DNA of 64,000 nucleotides, from NCBI GenBank assembly GCA_033723415.1, contig JAWVXD010000005.1:32001-96000 (forward strand), given 5' to 3'. Positions 30,323 to 42,052 of this stretch are shown here, piece after piece. This stretch comes from Sulfurospirillaceae bacterium. Lineage in GTDB: Bacteria > Campylobacterota > Campylobacteria > Campylobacterales > Sulfurospirillaceae. Every line of letters begins with the position of its first letter. The stretch's first letter is position 1. Made by a program: the position numbers and the translations under genes. Under the pieces are notes generated by a model that had not been told where the DNA came from, ran no database searches, and saw only the letters and a list, made by a program, of their open reading frames with translations.

Positions 30323-31689
30323 TTTAGTTTCTCCTTTGCTGTTGCAATCAACTCGTTCATCTTCTCTTCATAAATCTTCATTTTTTCTTCATCGGTTGAT
30401 TCAAATCTTGTTACGAGTATAGGAGTTGTATTGCTAGCTCGAATCAATCCCCATCCATCTTCAAATACCACCCTCACACCATCTATTGTTATAATTTGTT
30501 TTATATGAGGAAAATCTTTAGGTGGATTTTTCAACAACTCTTTGATCATATCTATTAAAGCAAATTTGGCTGATTCCGTTGTCTTTACTTTGATCTCTTC
30601 GGTTGAGAAAACTTTTGGCAAAGATTCAATCTTCTCATCAACATTTAAACCATCTTTAATAAGCTCTATCATTCTAAGCGTTGCATACAAAGCATCATCG
30701 TATCCAAAATATCTATCATTGAAGAACAGATGTCCACTTACTTCTGCAGCAAAATCCGCATTTAATTCTGCTATTTTAACTTTCAGATTACTATGACCTG
30801 TCTTGTACATAATAGCTGTACCATATGAATTTATTATATCGTACATGATCTGTGAGCATTTGACTTCACCTATGACTACAGGTTTTTTCATCTTTTCTGA
30901 GTATAAAATAGCCATAATATCACCCTTAACATTATGCTTTTGTGTCAAAAATGCCAATCTGTCGGCATCCCCGTCATATGCAAAACCATAAAGGCAATCA
31001 TCTTTCAACTCTTTTTTTATATCAATCAGATTTTTTTCAACAGTAGGATCGGGATGGTGGTTCGGAAAATTTCCATCAGGTTCTACAAAAAGAGCTTTAT
31101 AATCAAATCCAAGCCTATCAAATATGTCTGTTATCACAGTTCCTGCTACACCGTTTCCACAGTCAATAACAAACTTTTTATCAAATCCTTTAAGATGTTC
31201 AAATTCTCGTATCATAAAATCTATATATCTATTTTTTGCATCTATTTTTATCGATTGGGTGTTATCTTTGATCTGCATACCTAGATTGGAGACTACTTCT
31301 CTTCCAAGAGCATAAATATCTTCTCCGAAAAAAGGTTTTTTACCTATCGTGATCTTGAAACCGTTATATTCGCTTGGATTATGAGATCCCGTGATCATGA
31401 CACTAGCCTGAGGATTCAAACCATCGAAATTTTGATAATTACTAAAATAATTCACAGGAGTTGCTACAAGCCCCATATCTAAAACCGTACATTCTGCGCT
31501 ATTAAATCCGCTTGTTAGATACTCGCATAGTACGGGTGAATGACTTCTTGCATCATATCCTATTGCTACTACTCCGCCTAGCTTTGTAACTATTTTTCCT
31601 AAGAAATGTCCTATCAGTTTGGTAGTTTTTTCATTTAGTTCTTTTTCGTAGATACCTCTGATATCATATTCTCTAAAGATTGATGTCAT
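30319..31689 (-). CDS. Phosphomannomutase/phosphoglucomutase
   Basis: FREYDIRG, ITGSHNP, DGDADR, AEVSGH, RASNT. Confidence 0.93.
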   Translation of the reverse strand: MTSIFREYDIRGIYEKELNEKTTKLIGHFLGKIVTKLGGVVAIGYDARSHSPVLCEYLTSGFNSAECTVLDMGLVATPVNYFSNYQNFDGLNPQASVMITGSHNPSEYNGFKITIGKKPFFGEDIYALGREVVSNLGMQIKDNTQSIKIDAKNRYIDFMIREFEHLKGFDKKFVIDCGNGVAGTVITDIFDRLGFDYKALFVEPDGNFPNHHPDPTVEKNLIDIKKELKDDCLYGFAYDGDADRLAFLTQKHNVKGDIMAILYSEKMKKPVVIGEVKCSQIMYDIINSYGTAIMYKTGHSNLKVKIAELNADFAAEVSGHLFFNDRYFGYDDALYATLRMIELIKDGLNVDEKIESLPKVFSTEEIKVKTTESAKFALIDMIKELLKNPPKDFPHIKQIITIDGVRVVFEDGWGLIRASNTTPILVTRFESTDEEKMKIYEEKMNELIATAKEKLK

Positions 31690-32452
31690 TTTTGATTGCT
31701 TCCTTGAAAACTTTTGTGTAAGATTTATCTTCTTTTAATTTATTGCTCATTATATCCAAGCTTCTTTTAAAATCCTCTATAGTCAGGTTACCTTTAAGAA
31801 GTTCATATTTTAAAAATAACCAATAGGTATTTAATACATCGCTCTCACAGTACTCTTTGATTTTTTCTATTTTATCTTCATAAAAGAGTTCCATTACTTC
31901 CGAACCGTGAACGTCATACTTGCCAGGTGCTCCGATCATTGAACAAAGAATATCAAGTTTCAGACCTCTTGTTGCACCAAATTCAGAGATATGATCCATC
32001 AAATCAATATGAAACCGATTGGAAAACCTATAGCGATAATTATCCCATTTGCTTTTGTTAAGCGAACTGTTTTCTACTTCAAAATAAGCGGGACATGATA
32101 ATGAATACTTCATAGCTCTAATCATCAAAAGAGGCACATCAAAACTTCTTCCATTGAAGCTGATGAGTTTAGGATTTTGCTTGTCCAAAAAAGCAAGGAA
32201 ATTTGCTATCATCTCTTTTTCACTTTCACCTTCAATGGAACTGACTTTTTTAAAAATCCCAAAATCATCTGCTATCACGGCACTTATTGCAATAATCTTG
32301 TGATAAGGAAGCGGCAAAAAACTGCTACCGCTTTGAGCTTCCTGCTCTTGCATAGCTTGAATTGAAACTCCTACATCATCACCCTCAAAATGTAAAGTTT
32401 TTCTTATCAGTTCTGCATCAGGGATGGTCTCAATGTCAAAAACACATATCAT
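31673..32452 (-). CDS. PolB-like 3'-5' exonuclease (DEDD family)
   Basis: FDIETIP, FNGRSFD, HIDL, YCESDV. Confidence 0.85.
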   Translation of the reverse strand: MICVFDIETIPDAELIRKTLHFEGDDVGVSIQAMQEQEAQSGSSFLPLPYHKIIAISAVIADDFGIFKKVSSIEGESEKEMIANFLAFLDKQNPKLISFNGRSFDVPLLMIRAMKYSLSCPAYFEVENSSLNKSKWDNYRYRFSNRFHIDLMDHISEFGATRGLKLDILCSMIGAPGKYDVHGSEVMELFYEDKIEKIKEYCESDVLNTYWLFLKYELLKGNLTIEDFKRSLDIMSNKLKEDKSYTKVFKEAIKNDINL

Positions 32453-32516
32453 TTAGCACCTCTTTATCTTTATTTTTGTACAATTATAGCTTATTAGAAA
32501 AGGAATAAAAAATCAT

Positions 32517-33479
32517 ATGAGATTAGCAATCGTAAAACTTTCTGCTCTTGGAGATATTGTCCATGCTATGGTTGTTTTGCAGTACATAAAAAAATATGAT
32601 AAAAATATAACTATTGACTGGTTCGTTGAAGAACGATTTAGCGGAATTTTAGAAAACAATCCACAAATAAGTAATATATATAAACTAAAACTCAAAAACA
32701 ATAAATTAAACTTTTTAAGTGAATACAAAAAATTAAAACAACTTTCTCAGCAAAACTGTTATGATTTCGTTATCGACCTGCAAGGATTGATAAAATCAGC
32801 CATAGTTTCAAGAATCTTATGCAAAGATGTTATAGGTTTTGATAAAATAGGCTTGAGAGAACCTGCGGCATCCCTCTTTTATACAAAAAAGTTCAACATT
32901 CCTTATGAAGAAAATGTGATTGAGAGAAATATCAAACTTGTGTCATGCGCACTTGCCTTTAGTATGCCGGATTTAGAGAAAAAAGTGCCGTTTTTGTTTT
33001 CAAACATCAAATCTGTCTTCTACCCAAGGCTACTTATCATCACAGGTTCGTCATGGGAGAGCAAAGTATATCCAAAAGAGCATTTCATAAGCATCATCAA
33101 AGCATTAAATGTCGAAACATTTGTATCTTGGGGAAATGAAAAAGAGAAAAAAGATGCCGAGTTCATTTGTCAAAACAGTGAGGCAAAAATGCTTCCTAAA
33201 CTTAGCTTGGATGAGTTAAAAAGCGTCATATCAAACTCTAACTTGGTGATAGGAGCAGATAGCGGACCAACACACATGGCATGGGCACTGAACAGACCTA
33301 GTATAACAATATTCGGTCCTACTCCAAGTGAGAGAAATATGCTTCAAACGGATAAAAACAAAAGCATAAATTGTAACAAAGACATTGATGCCAAAGCTTT
33401 AAACAAAAATGACTTCTGCATCAGAGAAATTGATCCTAAAAAAATTGTAGAGATAGCCAAGGATCTTTTAGAATGTTAG
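32517..33479 (+). CDS. waaC: LPS heptosyltransferase I
   Basis: VKLSALGDIVH, IDLQGLIKSA, DSGPTHMAWA. Confidence 0.93.
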   Translation: MRLAIVKLSALGDIVHAMVVLQYIKKYDKNITIDWFVEERFSGILENNPQISNIYKLKLKNNKLNFLSEYKKLKQLSQQNCYDFVIDLQGLIKSAIVSRILCKDVIGFDKIGLREPAASLFYTKKFNIPYEENVIERNIKLVSCALAFSMPDLEKKVPFLFSNIKSVFYPRLLIITGSSWESKVYPKEHFISIIKALNVETFVSWGNEKEKKDAEFICQNSEAKMLPKLSLDELKSVISNSNLVIGADSGPTHMAWALNRPSITIFGPTPSERNMLQTDKNKSINCNKDIDAKALNKNDFCIREIDPKKIVEIAKDLLEC

Positions 33480-34366
33480 ATTATTTTTATCTCACGGTTT
33501 TCAAAATTTTTGTTTTGACCATTAAATATACACCTACATTTATAACAAATGCTGTCTTAAACTGCTTGGCAAAAATCGCCTATATGCTTGATAAAAAACA
33601 TCGCAAGATTGCTCGGGTAAATCTTGATTTGGCATATGAGGATAGTATGAGTGAAGAAGAAAAAACCCGTATTATAAAAAAATGTTATAAAAATCTACTT
33701 TACAATTTGAGAGATTTCGTAGAGAATCAAAATATAACGGGAGAACAATTACTAAATAAAGTAAATGTCCATAATAAAGACAAATACTTACAAGCTAAGA
33801 ATAGTGGTAAAAACATAATATTTATCACGGCTCATTATGGGAATTGGGAACTTTTACCACTTTTTGTAGGGGCATCTCTGGGTACTTTATGGGGAGTCGG
33901 ACGAAAACTAGATTCTCCTAGAATGAACCAGATACTACAAAACAATAGAGAACAATTCAACGTACATATGTTAGAAAAACAAGGCGCGATGAAAGGATTA
34001 CTAAGAGCAATCAAAAATAAAGAGAACATTGGTCTTTTAGTCGATCAAAATACAAGTGAAAAAGACGGAATATTGATAGAGTTTTTCGGTAAACTTGCAC
34101 GTCATACTCCTTCAGCTACTCTTATTGCAAGAAAGACCGGTGCAATCATTGTACCTGCTTTTATCACGACTAACGACTATAAAACCTATGATATTACTTT
34201 TTATGATCCTATCGTGACCAAAAGAACAGCTGACATAGACGAAGATATAAGACAAAGTGTTCAAGCACAGGCAGATGTAACCCAAAAAGCAATAGAGAAA
34301 AAGCCCGATGAGTGGTTTTGGCTGCACAGGCGTTGGAAAAATCAATACGAGGAATTATATAAATGA
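33473..34366 (+). CDS. lpxL: Lipid A lauroyl/late acyltransferase (LpxL/HtrB)
   Basis: TAHYGNWE, LVDQN, FFG, WFWLHRRWK. Confidence 0.9.
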   Translation: MLDYFYLTVFKIFVLTIKYTPTFITNAVLNCLAKIAYMLDKKHRKIARVNLDLAYEDSMSEEEKTRIIKKCYKNLLYNLRDFVENQNITGEQLLNKVNVHNKDKYLQAKNSGKNIIFITAHYGNWELLPLFVGASLGTLWGVGRKLDSPRMNQILQNNREQFNVHMLEKQGAMKGLLRAIKNKENIGLLVDQNTSEKDGILIEFFGKLARHTPSATLIARKTGAIIVPAFITTNDYKTYDITFYDPIVTKRTADIDEDIRQSVQAQADVTQKAIEKKPDEWFWLHRRWKNQYEELYK

Positions 34367-35583
34367 GTTTTTATAACAAGAGTAGACCCTTTAAAGAAAA
34401 TATCCGAGATATAAACAGTTACTTAGTAATCTTGCTTGGTTTTTCATTACCTTTGTCTATCTCAGTTTCTACTATCATTTTAGGCATGATTTTACTAGCT
34501 TGGATTCTAGAGGGGAATTTCATAAACAAATATCAAATAATAAAGCATAATCCAATTATATATACTTTTATCGCTTTTTTTGTATTGCAAGTTGTGGGTC
34601 TCTTATGGACATCTGATATGAAATGGGGACAGCATATTATAGGCAAAGAGTGGCGCATACTCTTACCTTTGATTCTCATAACGATAGTCAAAAAGGAACA
34701 TATTAAATACTATATCTTTTCATTTTTGCTTGCTATGAGTATATCGGAACTTTTATCATATCTGATTTTTTTCAAGATTGTTCCACCGATGCTCAATGCC
34801 ACGATCTATGATCCTACACCCTTCATCACACATGTATCTTACAATCCTCTACTGGCTTTTAGTATCTTTTTACTGGCTTATTTAACATTCTTCAAGAGAA
34901 ACTACACAAATTTTGTTGAGAAAATCATCTCTGTAGTATTTATGATAACGATGAGTGCGAACATGTTCATCACGGGTGGGCGCGCCGGACAAGTTGGATT
35001 TTTTACGATGTTTGTAGTTTTTATTTTTCTTTATTTTAGAAAAAATCTTACAAAAGCATTCTTTATCATTGTGATTACAATCCCTCTCTTGTTTACTTTA
35101 GCATACAATTCAAGCAAGATATTTCATGATAGAGTAGATATGGCCATCAAAAATTCAAAGAATTTCAAGCAAGATCCAAACACCAGTGTAGGTTTAAGAT
35201 TGACTTTTCTCACAAACTCTTTGGAGATCATCAAAAACAATCCGATCTTTGGAGTAGGTACAGGAGATTTCCCAAACGAATATAAAAAGATCAATCACAA
35301 AAATACGCCAACCGCTACAGCTCCTTCTCAGCCACATAACATGTATATACTAGAGATGGCTCAATTTGGAATTTTTGGATTGCTCTCATTACTGGCGATT
35401 TTTTATATACAGATCAAGATCTCCTTGGAGAATAATGAGTTAAAACCATTGCGATTGGCGCTTCCTGTACTATTTTTGGTCATTATGTTAAGTGATAGCT
35501 ATCTTTTGGGTCATTACACAACATTATTGTTTGTCTATTTTAGTTCGTTTTTGTATAAAGATTTTGACAGTGAATATATCTAA
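34363..35583 (+). CDS. waaL: O-antigen ligase family protein
   Basis: ~12 TM; GGRAG, TSVGLR, PIFGVGTGDF, PHNMY. Confidence 0.82.
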   Translation: MSFYNKSRPFKENIRDINSYLVILLGFSLPLSISVSTIILGMILLAWILEGNFINKYQIIKHNPIIYTFIAFFVLQVVGLLWTSDMKWGQHIIGKEWRILLPLILITIVKKEHIKYYIFSFLLAMSISELLSYLIFFKIVPPMLNATIYDPTPFITHVSYNPLLAFSIFLLAYLTFFKRNYTNFVEKIISVVFMITMSANMFITGGRAGQVGFFTMFVVFIFLYFRKNLTKAFFIIVITIPLLFTLAYNSSKIFHDRVDMAIKNSKNFKQDPNTSVGLRLTFLTNSLEIIKNNPIFGVGTGDFPNEYKKINHKNTPTATAPSQPHNMYILEMAQFGIFGLLSLLAIFYIQIKISLENNELKPLRLALPVLFLVIMLSDSYLLGHYTTLLFVYFSSFLYKDFDSEYI

Positions 35584-36634
35584 AATACTCATCATCATAC
35601 GACGCTCTAACGGCGATGTTTTTCTAAGTTCCGCTTTGATCAATGCCTTGCATGAACATTATCAAAATCCAAAAATCGACCTGCTGGTCGATGAAGGTAC
35701 TCTGGCTATAGCAAAAACTCTGAAACACATCAACGAAATTCTTGTATTTTCGCACGATAAAAAGAATTCACTCTCACAAGATCTAAGCATCATCAGGCGT
35801 ATCTATAAAAAGTATGATCTCTGTATCAGCCTCACAGCAACCGATAGAAATATCTTGTATGCCGTCCTTGCTTCAAAGATCTCTATCAGCGCCGTGGATC
35901 CTGAAAATAAAAAATCATGGTGGAAGAAAGTACTATTGAGTAAATTTTATAAATTTGATCTAAGAAGGCACATGATATACAATACCCTTGAGCCTTTGAA
36001 ACTACTTGGAATCAACATAAAAAGCTATGATTATGCACCCCACATCGATGAAGACAAGTGCAAAAAGACTCTTTTAAAATTTGGTTTACAAAGTGATGAT
36101 TATATGATTTTTCACCCAAGTGCTCAATTTATATTTAGAACCTATCCCATCAAAAACATCAATACTCTGCTGGAAAAACTCGTGACGCTCAACATCAAAA
36201 TTGTCATCACAGGTGGCAATGATGCGATCAATCATAATATTTCAGAGGCTTTAGTCCAACATGACAAAATCTTGAACCTCATCACAAAGACATCACTGCA
36301 AGAGTTGTATCACTTGATCTCACAATGCAAAGTGCACATCGGCATGGACACGCTCAATACACATATAGCGGCATCTTTTGACAAGCATCTCATCGCGATC
36401 TACGGTCCAAACGGAGTCACACAGTGGTCTCCTTTCAATGCCAAACTGGCTTATGCCCCAAGTGTCGATACGCCGCCTTTGACAAAATACGGTAATTTTA
36501 CTATTATTCAAGCCGATATGCCTTGTGTCCCGTGCAATCAAAACGGCTGCAAGGGGTTGGGTAAAAGTGAGTGTTTAGAAAATATCACGCCTGAAATAAT
36601 CTTTGACGAGGTAAAAAATTGTCTAACAAAATAA
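35570..36634 (+). CDS. Glycosyltransferase family 9 (heptosyltransferase-like)
   Basis: RRSNGDV, FHPSA, GMDTLNTHIAA, C-terminal CVPC..C; GTG start at 35570 (ORF track starts 35492). Confidence 0.87.
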   Translation: MNISKILIIIRRSNGDVFLSSALINALHEHYQNPKIDLLVDEGTLAIAKTLKHINEILVFSHDKKNSLSQDLSIIRRIYKKYDLCISLTATDRNILYAVLASKISISAVDPENKKSWWKKVLLSKFYKFDLRRHMIYNTLEPLKLLGINIKSYDYAPHIDEDKCKKTLLKFGLQSDDYMIFHPSAQFIFRTYPIKNINTLLEKLVTLNIKIVITGGNDAINHNISEALVQHDKILNLITKTSLQELYHLISQCKVHIGMDTLNTHIAASFDKHLIAIYGPNGVTQWSPFNAKLAYAPSVDTPPLTKYGNFTIIQADMPCVPCNQNGCKGLGKSECLENITPEIIFDEVKNCLTK

Positions 36635-37368
36635 CCGTAACTATATTGGCAAAAAATTCACAAAAATATATACAAGAGTGTTTGAGTGCACTTGTAAGAT
36701 TTGATGAGATTATACTGCTGGATAACGGCTCAGAAGATGCCACCATAGAAATCGCCAAAGAATTCAAAAATGTCAAAGTTTATGAGAGTAAGTTCATAGG
36801 CTTCGGTCCGCTAAAAAATCTTGCCCTCTCTTATGCAACGAACGATTGGATACTCTCAGTTGACAGTGACGAGATACTTAATGATGCCTTAGTTGATGAG
36901 ATACTGAATTTACACTTATCGAACAACAAAATTTATTCCATTCTAAGAGACAATTACTATAACAAAAAGCTCATAAAATGCTGTGGGTGGGAAGATGATT
37001 TTGTGCTCCGTCTGTTCAATAAGAATATCACAAAATTTAACGACAAACAAGTACATGAAAGTATCATGATAAACCCTCAAGTAGAAATAGTGAAATTAAA
37101 AAACAGTTTTAAGCACTACTCTTTTGATAGTGCACAAGAGCTCATAGAAAAGATGCAAAAGTACTCTACACTTTATGCAAAAGAGCACAAAAATCAAAAA
37201 TCATCGTCACCGGCTAAAGCCTTTTTTAGAGCTTTCTTTATGTTTTTTAAAAATTATATTTTCCAAAAAGGCTTTTTATACGGATATGCTGGATTACTGA
37301 TCTCAACGTCCAATGCAAACGGTGTTTTTTATAAATATATCAAACTTTATGAAGAAAATAAAAAATGA
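36619..37368 (+). CDS. Glycosyltransferase family 2 (WaaE/KdtX-like)
   Basis: LDNGSEDAT, GFGPLKN, WILSVDSDE, VHES, HYS. Confidence 0.88.
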   Translation: MSNKITVTILAKNSQKYIQECLSALVRFDEIILLDNGSEDATIEIAKEFKNVKVYESKFIGFGPLKNLALSYATNDWILSVDSDEILNDALVDEILNLHLSNNKIYSILRDNYYNKKLIKCCGWEDDFVLRLFNKNITKFNDKQVHESIMINPQVEIVKLKNSFKHYSFDSAQELIEKMQKYSTLYAKEHKNQKSSSPAKAFFRAFFMFFKNYIFQKGFLYGYAGLLISTSNANGVFYKYIKLYEENKK

Positions 37369-38168
37369 CGTGCAGCCTCATCATCACAACGTATAATTGG
37401 CCCGATGCACTGGAACAAACCTTAAAAAGTGTACTCAGACAAACTCACATCCCTGATGAGGTCATCATCGCAGACGATGGAAGTACTGATGCGACAAAAG
37501 CCTTGATAGAGAAATTTTCTCTTGAAAATCCACAATTAAATATCATCCATTCTTGGCAAGAAGATGAAGGTTTTAGAGCTTCTGCAAGCCGTAATAAGGC
37601 CATAGCAAGATCTCATTGCAAATACATCGTCTTGGTCGATGGAGATATGATCTTGGAGCAGAACTTTATCAGTGATCATTTGAAATTTGCCAAAGATGGG
37701 TACTTCACCCAAGGTTCAAGAGTACTTGTAAAAGAAGCAAAAACAAAAGAGATATTTGATGGTAAAGTACTCAAAAATTCATGGTTATCCTGCGGTATCA
37801 GCAACAGAAAAAATGCTATCCATTCAAATGTTTTAAGTAAAATTTTCTCTAAAAAATCACAAAGTCTCAGAGGCATCAAAACTTGCAACTTTGCTTTTTT
37901 TAGAGAAGACTGCATCCGAGTCAATGGCTTCAATGAAGACTTTATCGGCTGGGGTCGAGAAGACAGTGAATTTGCTATTCGACTTTTAAATTCAGGGATA
38001 CAAAGACAAAATCTTCGTTTTAATGCAGTGGCATTTCATCTATATCACAAAGAAAACAGCAGAAAAATGCTAGAGAAAAATGATGAAATATTGCAAGAGA
38101 GCGTAGACAAAAAACTTATGTGGTGTCAAAACGGCATCGACAAATATCTGGCTCAAACGCTATCATGA
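37365..38168 (+). CDS. Glycosyltransferase family 2
   Basis: ITTYN, ADDGS, VDGD, VNGFNEDFIGWGREDSE. Confidence 0.88.
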   Translation: MTCSLIITTYNWPDALEQTLKSVLRQTHIPDEVIIADDGSTDATKALIEKFSLENPQLNIIHSWQEDEGFRASASRNKAIARSHCKYIVLVDGDMILEQNFISDHLKFAKDGYFTQGSRVLVKEAKTKEIFDGKVLKNSWLSCGISNRKNAIHSNVLSKIFSKKSQSLRGIKTCNFAFFREDCIRVNGFNEDFIGWGREDSEFAIRLLNSGIQRQNLRFNAVAFHLYHKENSRKMLEKNDEILQESVDKKLMWCQNGIDKYLAQTLS

Positions 38169-39100
38169 GAATACTCATAGAAGTTCCGACTTGGCTTGGA
38201 GATAGTGTGATGAGTACGCCTGCCATAGAAGAAATCATCAAAATCTATCCTGATGCCAAGATAGTATTTTTTGGCTCTTTTGTTTCCACCGAAGCTCTAA
38301 AATCTCACCCAAATTGTGAACAGATAAAAATAGATGAAAGCAAAAAATCAAAGTGTAGATTGCTATGGCTTAGAAAAACTGCACAAACGTTAGGGACCTT
38401 TGATCTGGCCTTCAGCTTTAGAAGCTCTTTTACCTCAAAAGTTTTTTTATGGTTCTTAAATGCAAAGCAAAAATTTCAGTATAAAAAAAATACCTATAAC
38501 GGACATCAAGTTCAAAAATACGCAACCTTTGTATCCAAAGCCCTAAATGTTATCTTGGAGCCACAAAGTTTAAAACTCTACCAAATACCGCATCTTTATA
38601 ACCGTTCTACTTTAGGAATCAACCCAGGAGCTACTTACGGAAGTGCCAAAAGATGGTATCCTGAGGAGTTTGCCAAAGTTGCCGAGCACTTTGCAAAAGA
38701 TTATGATATCGTGATCTTTGGTGGGCCAAACGAACAAGAGATCGCAAATGAAGTAGAGAAACTAATCTCAAATGCTCACGTCACAAATCTGGCAGGCAAA
38801 ACTTCAATAACAGAACTTATAGAAAAGATAGCAGGTCTTAATCTCTTTATCACAAACGACAGTGGTCCGATGCATTGTGCCGCAGCTTATAAAGTACCGA
38901 CTGTTGCACTCTTTGGACCGACAATATATACAGAAACATCACAATGGGAAAATCCAAACGGATATCTAATCTCACATGATCTAGATTGCGCCCCGTGCAT
39001 GAAAAGAATCTGCCCTATAAAAACACATGAATGTATGAAAAGCATCAAAGCACAGGAAGTTATTACTCTTTTAGAAAATCATCTATCGCTTGACAGATAG
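38165..39100 (+). CDS. waaF: LPS heptosyltransferase II
   Basis: [33 protein letters not shown] overlap at 38165 (ORF track starts 38120). Confidence 0.92.
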   Translation: MRILIEVPTWLGDSVMSTPAIEEIIKIYPDAKIVFFGSFVSTEALKSHPNCEQIKIDESKKSKCRLLWLRKTAQTLGTFDLAFSFRSSFTSKVFLWFLNAKQKFQYKKNTYNGHQVQKYATFVSKALNVILEPQSLKLYQIPHLYNRSTLGINPGATYGSAKRWYPEEFAKVAEHFAKDYDIVIFGGPNEQEIANEVEKLISNAHVTNLAGKTSITELIEKIAGLNLFITNDSGPMHCAAAYKVPTVALFGPTIYTETSQWENPNGYLISHDLDCAPCMKRICPIKTHECMKSIKAQEVITLLENHLSLDR

Positions 39101-39632
39101 TATGTCCTATAAGTATATGCATCTCCTGTATTCTAGGCGTGTCATCACTTGGAACAACGATATTGATATCGCAAAATTCATTCATAGCTCCACCGTCTCT
39201 TCCACTCAATCCGACAGTTTTACATCCTAAGTGTCTACCTAAACTAAGGGCCCTCAAAACATTTTTACTATTTCCGCTTGTAGAGATGCCTATCAGTAGA
39301 TCTCCTTCGTGTGCCAATGCTTCTACCTGCCTGTCAAATACTCTATCATAGCCATAATCATTGCCGACAGCGGTTAAGACCGAAGTATCTGTAGTCAAAG
39401 CGATCCCTGGAAGCCCTCTTCTCTCTCTTTTGTATCTTCCGCTCAACTCCGCTGCGATATGTTGTGCATCTGCCGCACTTCCACCGTTCCCAAAAAGCAA
39501 GATTTTTCCACCATTGTTGATCGTTTCACTTGCTATGATGCAAGCGGTATAGATGTGTGTTTGCAGCTCATCTATCGTTCGCTCTATCGTCTCTTTATGC
39601 GCTTGCAATTCGCGCTGTATCATGTCCATCAT
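39063..39632 (-). CDS. gmhA: Phosphoheptose isomerase
   Basis: [29 protein letters not shown]. Confidence 0.96.
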   Translation of the reverse strand: MMDMIQRELQAHKETIERTIDELQTHIYTACIIASETINNGGKILLFGNGGSAADAQHIAAELSGRYKRERRGLPGIALTTDTSVLTAVGNDYGYDRVFDRQVEALAHEGDLLIGISTSGNSKNVLRALSLGRHLGCKTVGLSGRDGGAMNEFCDINIVVPSDDTPRIQEMHILIGHTICQAIDDFLKE

Positions 39633-41044
39633 AATCGTGCCTTTTCTATTATACTTGTCGTGCTTTTCCCATCAACAAAATCAACTAAACGAACCTCTTT
39701 GGCGATGTCACTTCCTACAACCTCTTTGCCTTTATAATCGCCGCCTTTGACCAGAACATCCGGTCGTATGGCACTTATAAGCTCGTAAGGAGTGTCTTCT
39801 TCAAACTCAACCACAAAGCTTACCGATTCCAATGCACTTAAGACATAAGCTCTATCATGATGTGGATTGATCGGTCTACTCTCACCTTTGAGCCTTTTAA
39901 CTGAAGCATCGGAATTTAGACCCACGATTAGCATATCACCAAAGCTTTTTGCTATCTCCAGATACTTTACATGACCTACATGCAAGATATCAAAACAACC
40001 GTTTGTAAAGACTATTTTTTTATCTTTAAAATTCTCTAACAATTTAACGATCTCTTCTTTTGTCTTTATCTTACTACCGGCTTTAGCACTTCTGAGGCTT
40101 TGCTCATACAAGTCAATCTCGTCCAAATTCACAGTTGCACTTCCAAGTTTGCCTACTACTACGGCTGCGGCATTTGTTGCAAAAATCGCAGAGCTTTTAA
40201 TATCTAGTCCGGAAGACAGTGCAAAACCAAGAGAGGCAAGTACGGTATCTCCGGCTCCAGTGACATCATAGACTTCCCTTGCAACAGTTGGAATTTTTGT
40301 TATAGTATCGGTAAATATCGCCATACCGTCTTCGGAGAGCGTGATGATCGCGTATTGTAAATCCAGAGAATTTTTGAGTAATTCTCCTGCCTTCTTCAAG
40401 CTCTCATCATCTTTTATATTAATATTTGTGGCAATAGAAGCTTCTTTTTTGTTTGGAGTAAGAATCGTTGCACCTCTATACTTACCATAGTCGCTTCCTT
40501 TTGGATCCACTAAAATGAGTTTCTGACTCTCTTTTGCACATTTTATGATCCTTCGAGTCAAAGATTCACTTAGCACACCTTTGCCGTAATCAGATAAAAG
40601 GATAGCATCAAATTCATCTAAATTTTTTTCAAAATTTTTGTATAGTAACTCTTCACTCTCTTTATCTATGTCATCTTTTGATTCTAAATCATACCTTATT
40701 ATCTGTTGATGAGATGCTATAACACGACTTTTTTTACTCGTCTTTCGTCCTGTTTGTTTTATGATATACGTATAATCTGCTCCGGAAGCATCTAGCAGAC
40801 TTAATATCTCTTCTCCATTGCTATCATCCCCAATAACACTCATGACGCTAACTTTTGCTCCGAGTGTGATGAGGTTATTGATGACATTACCGGCACCTCC
40901 TAAAACTACTGTTTCTTTGCTTATCTCTACTACTTGAACAGGAGCTTCGGGAGATATTCTCTCACATTTTCCCCATAGATAGTGATCCATCATCAAATCG
41001 CCTATGACCAAAATATTTGGCATATGATTTTTTAGCCTATCCAT
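39629..41044 (-). CDS. hldE: Bifunctional heptose-7-P kinase / heptose-1-P adenylyltransferase
   Basis: [35 protein letters not shown]. Confidence 0.96.
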   Translation of the reverse strand: MDRLKNHMPNILVIGDLMMDHYLWGKCERISPEAPVQVVEISKETVVLGGAGNVINNLITLGAKVSVMSVIGDDSNGEEILSLLDASGADYTYIIKQTGRKTSKKSRVIASHQQIIRYDLESKDDIDKESEELLYKNFEKNLDEFDAILLSDYGKGVLSESLTRRIIKCAKESQKLILVDPKGSDYGKYRGATILTPNKKEASIATNINIKDDESLKKAGELLKNSLDLQYAIITLSEDGMAIFTDTITKIPTVAREVYDVTGAGDTVLASLGFALSSGLDIKSSAIFATNAAAVVVGKLGSATVNLDEIDLYEQSLRSAKAGSKIKTKEEIVKLLENFKDKKIVFTNGCFDILHVGHVKYLEIAKSFGDMLIVGLNSDASVKRLKGESRPINPHHDRAYVLSALESVSFVVEFEEDTPYELISAIRPDVLVKGGDYKGKEVVGSDIAKEVRLVDFVDGKSTTSIIEKARL

Positions 41045-42044
41045 GACTTACTTCAGTTTCATAAATTTTTTTAATTTCAGGAATATATGATTTTATACCT
41101 TTTTCAAGTGTATACATTGGATCATAATCTAAAAATTCTCTACTTAAACTAATATCAGCTTCTGTGAAAAATTGATACTGTTTTTCATATGGATTTGGTA
41201 TATAAATGTCATCTCTTTTGATATTTAATTCATTCTTTAAAATATTGACGATATCTTGAAAACTTCTGGCAAATCCCGTTCCCACATTATAAACACCGCT
41301 TTTTTTGGGGTTACAAGCCTTTATATTAGCTTGTATAACATCTTCTATATATATAAAATCTCTTTTGATAGTATCACTTTTTACAAAGAGTTTTGCATTT
41401 GCTCCGCTTAAAAGTTGATGTCCAAACTGCAATACCATTGATGCCGTTTTATTTTTAAAAAACTCTCTCTCGCCGTATACATTAAAATATCTAAGACCTA
41501 CTATAGGTACTGAGGAACTTTTCATGTATTCTCTAGCCAAATTATCCATCATAAGCTTGCTAAAACCATAAACGTTATTTGGGCTTTCACATCCTATACT
41601 GAATTTATCGCTGTTTCCATATGTAGCAGCACTTGAGGCATAGATCATAGCAGCATTCATATTATTTGCCATATCAAGAAGCTTTTTAAAAGCATAAACA
41701 TTGGTGTCCATCATAATTTTTTGATCAGATACTGTTGTATCGCTTATAGCGGCTTCGTGAAATATATAATCAAAGTTAAAATCGTGTAATTTATTTAAGT
41801 CATCTTGGTTGTTCAAATCTCCGCTTATCACGATACCTTTAAAACCAAGCAGATTTTTAAAATGCCCGAAACTTTTGAGATTTCCATTTTCAAATGTTTC
41901 TTCATTTCTAAATTTGTCAAATATTATGATCTTAGATAAAGGATATTTTTCTTGAAAATAAAAAGCCAGGTTACTACCTATAAAACCGGCTCCTCCGGTT
42001 ATCAGGATAGACTTATTGTTAAAATCTATATCGCTATATGTCAC
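41037..42044 (-). CDS. hldD: ADP-L-glycero-D-manno-heptose 6-epimerase
   Basis: TGGAGFIGS, YASSAATYG, YGFSK, LRYFNVYG. Confidence 0.93.
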   Translation of the reverse strand: MTYSDIDFNNKSILITGGAGFIGSNLAFYFQEKYPLSKIIIFDKFRNEETFENGNLKSFGHFKNLLGFKGIVISGDLNNQDDLNKLHDFNFDYIFHEAAISDTTVSDQKIMMDTNVYAFKKLLDMANNMNAAMIYASSAATYGNSDKFSIGCESPNNVYGFSKLMMDNLAREYMKSSSVPIVGLRYFNVYGEREFFKNKTASMVLQFGHQLLSGANAKLFVKSDTIKRDFIYIEDVIQANIKACNPKKSGVYNVGTGFARSFQDIVNILKNELNIKRDDIYIPNPYEKQYQFFTEADISLSREFLDYDPMYTLEKGIKSYIPEIKKIYETEVSHG

Positions 42045-42052
42045 AATTGTCC

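Noticed and set aside
39063..39100. 38-nt tail-to-tail overlap of waaF and gmhA
   Set aside because: Short convergent overlaps are common in compact Campylobacterota genomes.
35570..39100. LPS glycosyltransferase genes as a horizontally acquired island
   Set aside because: Slightly more C-ending codons by eye, but not quantified; no mobility genes or flanking repeats, and variation in LPS loci is ordinary.
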